DNA from: a virus | Taxonomy: Duplodnaviria; Caudoviricetes | IMG/VR virus record: IMGVR_UViG_3300012982_000015 | Coordinates: 1 to 41,001 of that record | DNA length: 41,001 bases | Strand: one strand, 5' to 3' | Part shown: in pieces, positions 1 through 6,876 of the stretch | Layout: each line of letters starts with the position of its first letter | Numbering within the stretch: position 1 is the first letter of the stretch | Translations under genes and position numbers: made by a program | The notes under the pieces: generated by a model | What the model was told of the DNA's origin: nothing | Database searches by the model: none | The model's input: only the letters and a program-made list of their open reading frames with translations

Positions 1-29
1 TACTCTGCTCCGCACTTCCAGCAGTTCAT
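1..29 (-). CDS. Host gene 5' fragment, probable zinc-ribbon protein (MNCWKCGAE...), runs off the window
   Basis: ATG at 29 on - strand, CxxC in the first residues, TACACT -10 box 6 nt upstream; only 9 codons visible. Confidence 0.5.
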
Positions 30-35
30 GGGGGT

Positions 36-41
36 AGTGTA
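36..41 (-). promoter_or_regulatory. Host -10 box (TACACT) of a leaderless promoter for the gene starting at 29
   Basis: Same TACACT + 6-7 nt + ATG arrangement as the host gene at 40958. Confidence 0.5.
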
Positions 42-50
42 ACGCGATCG

Positions 51-55
51 AAGCG
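51..55. repeat. Target-site duplication, left copy (AAGCG)
   Basis: Identical to 39756-39760; both copies abut the terminal inverted repeats in exact register. Confidence 0.88.
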
Positions 56-102
56 TATTGCGGCCCACGATAAAGTGAAGCGCGGTGCACGGTAAAGTGG
101 AG
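56..102 (+). repeat. Left terminus with two putative transposase-binding sites (CACGATAAAGTGAAG 66-80, CACGGTAAAGTGGAG 88-102)
   Basis: 22-bp spaced direct repeats; 56-85 matches the reverse complement of 39726-39755 at 23/30. Confidence 0.85.
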
Positions 103-200
103 TGACGCTTGCACCAGGCCGGAGATGTCCGAAGGCACACACCAAGCGAAAATGCCATCCGGCGGCACCTGTCTCCCTACTGCAATCTACCGTGACGCAC

Positions 201-2450
201 TCAATTGACGCTGCACGCCACCGCGAACGTTCCCCCTGCCGTGGCCGAGTGATAGATCGTCACCGAGCCGGCCGCAGGCGTAACGTAGACGCCAGTCAGT
301 CCGGCGGCGGTTGCGTTGGTCGCCGTCACCGTGCAGTGGCTCGACACGGTAATGAGCGCGTTGGTGAGCACGTCGCTCGCTGCCGCTGTAGTCGTCAGCG
401 TGCCGACCTGCTGCATAAGGGCGCTGCTGCTCGCCAGTGCTGCACCTCCGCCCCATGTGGCAGTGCCCGTGCAGGCAAGTGCTCCCGTAGCGGCAGTAAA
501 CCCACAGTTATTCCCACTGAAGTTACCCGCGTATACGTAGAGGTTCATGCCATTGAGGAGCGACACGTTTTTATTTAAGCTATCGTAATCAACGCGGTCC
601 TGTCCGTTCGCTGCCTGCAACTGAAAAATATTCGCGGCGTCAACCGACGGCCGGAAGAAGAGTGTCGGCCCGGTAAACAGCCCTGCGGCGTTGACTGTCA
701 ACGCAGTGGAGAGCGTCACGGTGTGCGTCCCGCTGCTGCCAGTACACGACAACGCCAAGTTGATGGCCGGGTTTGTCCCGATCGCTGGAATTGGTTGCAA
801 TGTGCAGTCGTCGGTTGCGTCGGCCGAGCCGTTCCAGTATCTGGATTGTAGGTGCAACGGTGGCATGCTCCGATTAAGACTAGCGGTGGCCGGGGTGTAG
901 TTAGAAAGATAGAGCTCCTGCAACCGATTGGTCAGGCCCATGTCCAACAGGCCAGCCCAACCGCCGACCGGCCCGCTTATCTGCGCAACGTTGAGGTTGC
1001 GGTTGTCCAGCATCGTCACGGCCGCGATAGCGCCCGAATCGATCGTGACCCACGTCGCGTTCGCGCTGCTGTCGAAGTAATTGCCGATCATCATCTCGTT
1101 CGAGGAACCAGTCTCGAACGAGATGTTGTTCCCGGGATTGTTGAAACTGTTGCCCATGATCAATTCTCCGGCGCCGTTCTGAAGGCGCAGGTTGGCCCCT
1201 TCAATGTTGCCGTTGATCACTGGCTGATTGGCAACGATCCCGCTTCCCAGGATGTTGTGGACGATGGTGGAGGAATTGATGGTGTCGGCCCCGCCCAACA
1301 TCACCACGTCCGTCGTGTTCCGCGCAAATTCGTTGCGTCGAACTTGGAAGTAGTCGGCTCGGACGTGCGGGGTTTTGGTGACATCGGGCTGATACAAGAC
1401 ACCGAAAATCGGACCACCGGCATAGGTTCCTGGGCTTGTGATGGGTCCGAGAAAGGAGTTTTTCTCTACGATGGAGTCTTCCCCGCCCGTCATGTTGAGC
1501 GCTATGAGGGTGCTCGAGGCGGGTACGGTCAGAGCCGAATAGTCGACAGTTAAACCACTTATTACTGCGCTGTGCGCCGTGCTGCTCGACGCCGGAGCAA
1601 GCAGGCTAACCGTCGAGGCTGCCGGGATGGTGATTCCGGAGAATATGACGCCAGCGGTGGCCGCTGAATTTCGGTCAGACAGACTGAAAATCCGCGTGTT
1701 CGCGTAGAAGGTCAGAACTTGATTACTGACGCACTGTGTCGAAGGGAAGAAAATTGCCGTACCTGTGACCGACGCCGTATTGAGTGCCGTTTGCAAGGCC
1801 GCCCCATCGTTCGTCGCCCCATCGCAGACCGCGCCGTACTTGCGCACATCCTTCCAAGGTCCTCCTGCGATCAAGTCCGACACCGTCGTCGCACCAAACG
1901 TCTCGCTTCCAGTGGCGCTCAGGTTGCCGGTGATGCCGAGATTGCCAGTGACGGTCCCTGGCGCTGGCGGAGCCGCAACGGTCGCCGCGGGCTGGAATAA
2001 GTCGAAATTATAGGTTGAGCCCGTGAAGCTCACGAAGGCGGACGGCTGGGCTGGGTTGGGGTACTGAATCACGAGCTGGCCGCTGGTCGAGTTGCCGGTG
2101 CTGGTGTCCTTGACCCAGACGCGGTACAGGATGCCGCTGGGGCTGGTGTTGGCCGGGTTGGGAACTTGGAAGGTTCCGACTATCGCGCCATTCGTGACCG
2201 TGGCGCACATCGCTTGGGACTGCACCTGGCCGCCGCCGCCCACCTGGTAGTTGATGGCGCGGTTGTTTTGGTCGACGCCCAGGAAGCAGATCTGGCCGGT
2301 GGCCAGCTTCACTGCATTGCCCAGGCTGATATTGCTGGCCGTGACCGTGGTGTAGTTCTGCGCGGCGGCGGGGGCAGCCGCCGCTACGCAGAGCAGCGCG
2401 GCCGCCAGGAGGCGGAGGCGCATCTCGCACAAGCTCTTGATGATCTTCAT
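201..2450 (-). CDS. Tail spike/fibre with pectate-lyase-like beta-helix (putative depolymerase/receptor-binding protein), N-terminal signal-peptide-like leader, 749 aa
   Basis: DVRKYGAVCDGATNDGAALQTALN beta-helix cap motif, N/G-rich repeats, last gene of tail module; start reassigned to 2450 (alternative 2423). Confidence 0.8.
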   Translation of the reverse strand: MKIIKSLCEMRLRLLAAALLCVAAAAPAAAQNYTTVTASNISLGNAVKLATGQICFLGVDQNNRAINYQVGGGGQVQSQAMCATVTNGAIVGTFQVPNPANTSPSGILYRVWVKDTSTGNSTSGQLVIQYPNPAQPSAFVSFTGSTYNFDLFQPAATVAAPPAPGTVTGNLGITGNLSATGSETFGATTVSDLIAGGPWKDVRKYGAVCDGATNDGAALQTALNTASVTGTAIFFPSTQCVSNQVLTFYANTRIFSLSDRNSAATAGVIFSGITIPAASTVSLLAPASSSTAHSAVISGLTVDYSALTVPASSTLIALNMTGGEDSIVEKNSFLGPITSPGTYAGGPIFGVLYQPDVTKTPHVRADYFQVRRNEFARNTTDVVMLGGADTINSSTIVHNILGSGIVANQPVINGNIEGANLRLQNGAGELIMGNSFNNPGNNISFETGSSNEMMIGNYFDSSANATWVTIDSGAIAAVTMLDNRNLNVAQISGPVGGWAGLLDMGLTNRLQELYLSNYTPATASLNRSMPPLHLQSRYWNGSADATDDCTLQPIPAIGTNPAINLALSCTGSSGTHTVTLSTALTVNAAGLFTGPTLFFRPSVDAANIFQLQAANGQDRVDYDSLNKNVSLLNGMNLYVYAGNFSGNNCGFTAATGALACTGTATWGGGAALASSSALMQQVGTLTTTAAASDVLTNALITVSSHCTVTATNATAAGLTGVYVTPAAGSVTIYHSATAGGTFAVACSVN

Positions 2451-2488
2451 AGTTCTCTCTCGCGGCGTCCCCTGCCCGGGGCGCCGAA

Positions 2489-2935
2489 TTAGGCCAAATA
2501 CGCTCCATGGCCTCCAGATGGGGCCACTGTCGTCCCGCTGGGGCTTACGGTCGTGTCCAGGCGAACGAAGCCGCCAGCGGCCGCGTAGGCCGGCGTATTG
2601 ACCGCTTGGTAGCTGGTCACGCTCTGGACCGCGCTGCTGCTCACCACAGCGCTGCCGACAATGCAATCGCCCGCGGTCGTGGGCACCGTGCCGCTGGTGT
2701 TCCAGTAGAAGGCGCCGCTGCCGTACCAGAGGTAATAGGTGGCCGCGGTCGCCGAGCAGGCTGGAATGGCCGGCGCGGCCGCAGGTGCGTACTTTGCGCC
2801 GTTGGCGTAGAGCCCACCCGCGCTGATCGTGGCCTGCAGACCCGAGGGGTTCGGCATGGCCAGCATGAAGCCGGCCACGACCCGACTCGTCTGGAAGTCG
2901 TTGGCGGCCGCCGTCGTGGGGAAGGCGCGAATCAT
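2489..2935 (-). CDS. Tail tip/fibre-associated structural protein
   Basis: A/G/S/T-rich beta protein, coupled (ATGA overlap) to the upstream tail gene. Confidence 0.65.
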   Translation of the reverse strand: MIRAFPTTAAANDFQTSRVVAGFMLAMPNPSGLQATISAGGLYANGAKYAPAAAPAIPACSATAATYYLWYGSGAFYWNTSGTVPTTAGDCIVGSAVVSSSAVQSVTSYQAVNTPAYAAAGGFVRLDTTVSPSGTTVAPSGGHGAYLA

Positions 2936-3774
2936 CGATTGCGCACCCCCACGGTCAGTACCAGTGCCTTCCCGTCAGTGGTCGGGGTGTAGGCACCCTC
3001 GTTGATGTAGTAGTTGACGAATGTCGCGACGACGCCGGTCGTGGGCGCCACTGAGCAGCCGAATTGGCGAATCGTCCCACCTCCGGAGCGCGTGCCGCCA
3101 CCGCTCAGTGTCGAGGTCAGGCTGGGCAGATAGAGCAGCTCGCCGCGGGCGTAGGTGTAGCCGTCCACTGACGACGTCGGCAGCGGCACCGTCTGCCCGT
3201 TGGTGTACTGCGCGACGAAGAACTCCTTGCGGACCGCCGCAAAGCGCACGTTCTTGTTAAGCTGCAGCAACGCGCTGGCCAGCGCCGCGGATCCGCCGCC
3301 GAATTTCGAGTCATCGACGTCAACCCAGGCAGGCACTGCGCCCAGGTGAAGCGTGCTGTTGCGCTGGCAGAGGGCGGCCACCATCAGGCGGCCGTCAGCC
3401 GTCGCGGTGGCCTGGCCACCATCCACGTAGTACTGGGTCGAGGTCGAGACGACGCCGGCGGCGGAGACGCTATCGACCCACTGTTGAATGGTGCCCGGCG
3501 CCGTGGGGCGGCCTCCGCCGGCCGGCCGGCTGTCTTGGCGCGACCACCAGAACGAGATCTCGGCGTACGAGTACTGGTAGCCGTCAATCGGCGATACCGG
3601 TGCCGCCACCGTCTGCCCGTTGGGGAAGAGGCCGATGAAGGTCTCGCGTCGCACCATGCCGAACTTGGCGTTGCGCGCGAGCTGAATCAGCTTGCTCGCG
3701 TAGAGCGGCTGATCGGTCGCCCAAGTGGCGTCCGCGATGTCCTGGAAGGCCGGCTGTGCTGCGAGGGTGATCAT
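2932..3774 (-). CDS. Tail tip protein with two copies of a ~135-aa repeat domain
   Basis: NGQTVxxPxSxxDGYxY and YYxxxGxxTxTxDG motifs each occur twice. Confidence 0.7.
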   Translation of the reverse strand: MITLAAQPAFQDIADATWATDQPLYASKLIQLARNAKFGMVRRETFIGLFPNGQTVAAPVSPIDGYQYSYAEISFWWSRQDSRPAGGGRPTAPGTIQQWVDSVSAAGVVSTSTQYYVDGGQATATADGRLMVAALCQRNSTLHLGAVPAWVDVDDSKFGGGSAALASALLQLNKNVRFAAVRKEFFVAQYTNGQTVPLPTSSVDGYTYARGELLYLPSLTSTLSGGGTRSGGGTIRQFGCSVAPTTGVVATFVNYYINEGAYTPTTDGKALVLTVGVRNR

Positions 3775-4343
3775 CCGAGTTTGACCAGCCCTCCTTTGAA
3801 AAGCGGGTCGCCCTGGCCGCCTTGGCCGCCGTAGGGCGTGCCGCCGCCGCCCGCCGGGCCACCGCCCGAGGTCACCGGCGCCGCAATCTTCGCGCCGGCG
3901 CCGCGCCTGGTCACGACCATGACCGTGGTGCCGCCATCGGTTGCGGCCGAGTCCTGGCCGCCCTGCACGTAGTAGTTGAGGTTGGAGTGGACGACGCCGG
4001 TGTCCTGCTCGACGTAGTCAACCGCGTAGAGCACGTTCCCGTTGCCGCCGTTCACCTGAGTGTCGACGTTGGCCGAGAAGTCCAGCGCAAACGGATAGAG
4101 CGCCTCGGGCAACGAGTAGCTGTAGCCGTCGTCGGCCGATCGCGGCAGCGGTACGGACTCGCCGTTGCGGAACTGAAGCTGGTTGCCGTTGGCGTCCGCA
4201 GTGAAGTACTCGTCAGCCACGGCCCCGAAACGAACGAGCGCGTTGAGCGCGACGAGGACGTCCTCAAGAGCGATGTTGCCGGCCGTCCAGGCAGTATCCG
4301 GGATGTCGAACCATCCGCCGGGGAGAGTCAGCGCGATCGGCAT
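3771..4343 (-). CDS. Tail tip protein, single-domain paralog of 2932-3774 with Gly-rich C-terminus
   Basis: NGESVPLPRSADDGYSY and NYYVQGGQDSAATDG motifs. Confidence 0.7.
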   Translation of the reverse strand: MPIALTLPGGWFDIPDTAWTAGNIALEDVLVALNALVRFGAVADEYFTADANGNQLQFRNGESVPLPRSADDGYSYSLPEALYPFALDFSANVDTQVNGGNGNVLYAVDYVEQDTGVVHSNLNYYVQGGQDSAATDGGTTVMVVTRRGAGAKIAAPVTSGGGPAGGGGTPYGGQGGQGDPLFKGGLVKLG

Positions 4344-5707
4344 CAGAAGATCCTCCCGGCGAGGGTGCCGTCCGACTGCAGGCCAGTGTCGGCCGCCTGG
4401 AAGAGGTACTGCGCTTTCTGTGCTGCCGTGGCCGCGGTCCAGACCGGGATCGCGTCGGGCGCGTACTGCAGAGCCGTGCGGCCGGACATCACCGAGACGT
4501 CCAGCAGGTCGAACTCGATCTGCCCGCGGTCGAAGCGCGGCGTGACGCCCAGCACCTCGTAGAGCCGCGCCGTCACGCCCACCGTGCCGGTGGTCAGGTT
4601 GGGCAGCAGGCGGTGCGTGACCGAGACATAGTCGCCGACCTCGACGATGATGCCCTGCAGCGACGAGTGCGCCAGGCGAATGCGGCCGGTCGGGTTGCCG
4701 TAGCGTTGGAAGATGCGCCGCGCGGCGATTCCGATGCGGCTCGCTCCCTGCAGGTTGGTGCGCAGACCCCGGCTCTCGATGACGTGGTTCTGCCCGAGGC
4801 CGTACTTGTTGACCGACGTGCCATCGACGATGGGGATCGAGGTCAAGAAGTTCTGACCGTCGAAATCGAGCCGCCCCTCGACCAGGTTGACGATGGTCTG
4901 CGATTGCACCGTCGGGATCCCGATGATGTTTGAATCGGTCAGCGCGAACGCGGCCGCCGGCAGCGAGGGCGCCAGCATGTCGTGGATCGACACCCGACCA
5001 TCATAGCGAACGAACATATAGAGTCCGTTGGCGCGGCAGATCTCGTTTTCGAGCCACTGCAGGGCCTCGACCGCCTTGTCGAGCCGCCAGATGCAACGCG
5101 TGGCGGCAAAGCGGCCATTCTGCAGGCTGGTAAAGGCGGCGGTGTCGATCGACCCAACCGGGATAGAGAGCTCGGTCTCAAGCACGTTGAGCGCGATCTG
5201 CAGCGGGTTGCCGTCCACGGTACGGAAGTTCTTCTTCGAGGTCGCGGTCAGCCCGTCGTCGCCCAGCGTGTACGCCTTGGTCTTGAGCGTGCGCTTCTTG
5301 TCGCGGATGACCACGTAGTAAGACGTGGTATCGGGCGCTGGGTCCAGCTTCTCGACCAGGCCGGTGTAGAGCGTGATGTAGTCCGCCAGGGCGAGCCCTG
5401 TAAAGCCCACCTGCAGCGTCGCCGTGAGGCCGTACCAGGTGACCGAGCTGAACAGAGCGAGGATGGCGCGATTGATGTCCACGATCTCGACGCGCAGCTC
5501 GCCGATCGAGCTCTTACCGGCGAGGTCGCTGACCGTCTGCGGTCGGCCGCCGGGGATCTTGAGCCAGGGTTTCCACCCGGCAAACGTGGTCGACCTTGAG
5601 CTGTACACAGTAGCCGGCGCGCCGGCGCCTGAAAAGCTCAGCGTATAGATCGGCTCCTGGTAGCCGGCGTTGCGTTTGGCGTCGAAGTTGGCGGTGGTGG
5701 GGATCAT
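4343..5707 (-). CDS. Tail tip hub (Tal/baseplate-hub-like) protein
   Basis: Position after Dit-like gene; SVNKYG, VEVGDYVSVT motifs typical of hub proteins. Confidence 0.7.
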   Translation of the reverse strand: MIPTTANFDAKRNAGYQEPIYTLSFSGAGAPATVYSSRSTTFAGWKPWLKIPGGRPQTVSDLAGKSSIGELRVEIVDINRAILALFSSVTWYGLTATLQVGFTGLALADYITLYTGLVEKLDPAPDTTSYYVVIRDKKRTLKTKAYTLGDDGLTATSKKNFRTVDGNPLQIALNVLETELSIPVGSIDTAAFTSLQNGRFAATRCIWRLDKAVEALQWLENEICRANGLYMFVRYDGRVSIHDMLAPSLPAAAFALTDSNIIGIPTVQSQTIVNLVEGRLDFDGQNFLTSIPIVDGTSVNKYGLGQNHVIESRGLRTNLQGASRIGIAARRIFQRYGNPTGRIRLAHSSLQGIIVEVGDYVSVTHRLLPNLTTGTVGVTARLYEVLGVTPRFDRGQIEFDLLDVSVMSGRTALQYAPDAIPVWTAATAAQKAQYLFQAADTGLQSDGTLAGRIF

Positions 5708-6156
5708 GGTGCGTCCGCCGCCTCGCTCCAGCCCATCAGCGCATCGAGCAGCTGGTTATTGGTGTTGACCGACGATTCGAAGCGGAACCGCATCTCGACG
5801 GTGTACATCCGCGGCGAGCGGTAGCGGATCTGCGAGGTGGTCTCCATCGAGCGCATGGTGAAGCCGAGCTCGGTGCGATCGGCGTCGGGATAGAACGTGA
5901 AGGGTTGGCCCTTGATCGCGACGCGCTCGAAGTTGCGCCAGGCATCGAGGTCCTGGCCGAACTGCACCACCTCGACCTCAAACGCGAAGTACTCCTGGCG
6001 GTTGATGAAGATCACGAGCGGCGTGCCGTCCGAAGAGACGTTGATGGCCCGCTCACAGGTCAGGTCCATGGGGATGCTGACGCGTGGAAACTGCAGGAAC
6101 TGCAGCGTCTGCGGGTTGGCGCTGTCGTCGGTGTAGTTGATCTTCGGGTAGCCCAT
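5704..6156 (-). CDS. Distal tail (Dit-like) protein
   Basis: 150 aa, first structural gene after tape measure; GQPFTFYPD motif. Confidence 0.6.
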   Translation of the reverse strand: MGYPKINYTDDSANPQTLQFLQFPRVSIPMDLTCERAINVSSDGTPLVIFINRQEYFAFEVEVVQFGQDLDAWRNFERVAIKGQPFTFYPDADRTELGFTMRSMETTSQIRYRSPRMYTVEMRFRFESSVNTNNQLLDALMGWSEAADAP

Positions 6157-6157
6157 G

Positions 6158-6186
6158 TTGACGACTTCAACCTGCCGTGAAAGACT
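6158..6186 (+). promoter_or_regulatory. Antisense sigma70-type promoter A (TTGACG-17 bp-AAGACT, extended -10 TG)
   Basis: -35 at 6158-6163, -10 at 6181-6186, ATG 8 nt downstream; conserved with promoter B. Confidence 0.6.
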
Positions 6187-6194
6187 CCCGGGTT

Positions 6195-6344
6195 ATGAGC
6201 GACGAGAAACCACCAGCCCCGCCACCGCCCCAAGAACGCCCACAGCCCGATTCCCTGCCCGATCCCGAAGTGGGCTCGAACTGGACCGGTGGCTCGGTAC
6301 GCGTTCCGCTCAGCGACATAGCACCGATACGAAAATCGAAGTAA
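6195..6344 (+). CDS. Proline-rich 49-aa peptide A (MSDEKPPAPPPPQERPQPDSLPDPEVGSNWTGGSVRVPLSDIAPIRKSK), missing from ORF track
   Basis: Hand-translated; paralog of 9639-9797; own promoter; overlaps 3' end of 6310-6867 by 35 bp. Confidence 0.7.
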   Translation: MSDEKPPAPPPPQERPQPDSLPDPEVGSNWTGGSVRVPLSDIAPIRKSK

Positions 6345-6867
6345 GCGCAAGGATCAGCGCCCCGGCTTCACACCAGATCGCACCGACAAGCAACTTCCCC
6401 TTGCTTGCCGCCCTTAACAACTCGAAGCGCACAGGAAACGCCAGGGCATGCGCCATCTTTCCTAATGCTTGGGGTGGTGCGTGCCTGTTCGCCGTTCCGA
6501 GGGCGATCATTTCGTCTGGTAGTCCCGGTCTCCAACGGGGCACCGAAACAAGCGCGCTCAGCACTGAAGCTGCCGCGAATGCCGCAGCGGCAAAGAGTCC
6601 GGTAATAACCACGGTCCTACTCAGCGCCGGATGGGCGCCATGCGCCATTTCGAAATTGGCCAGCGTCCACCCAGCAGCGACGATAAGGAGATTCAACCGC
6701 AGCAGATTCAAGGCCTTGCCCTCGATGAGGGCTACGGCAGACTCCGCCCACGCGAACCGATACTTTGCGTAGTCAAAGACCCAGGAGAAGTCCGCGCCTT
6801 CGCGCGGAATAAAGGCCGCCGTTTCATTACCCCACTTCTTGAACTCTTCTTCAACGTTTGGTTTCAT
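6310..6867 (-). CDS. 3-TM membrane protein A (topology resembling Pycsar PycTM-type effectors)
   Basis: EGKALNLL-TM1-TM2-VPR...SKGKLL-TM3; colinear paralog of 9760-10386; AT-richer than neighbours. Confidence 0.75.
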   Translation of the reverse strand: MKPNVEEEFKKWGNETAAFIPREGADFSWVFDYAKYRFAWAESAVALIEGKALNLLRLNLLIVAAGWTLANFEMAHGAHPALSRTVVITGLFAAAAFAAASVLSALVSVPRWRPGLPDEMIALGTANRHAPPQALGKMAHALAFPVRFELLRAASKGKLLVGAIWCEAGALILALTSIFVSVLCR

Positions 6868-6876
6868 AGCTTTCTT

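Noticed and set aside
201-4343. Diversity-generating retroelement or Gin-type invertible tail-fibre cassette
   Set aside because: No reverse transcriptase, invertase, TR/VR pair or inverted fibre copy seen.
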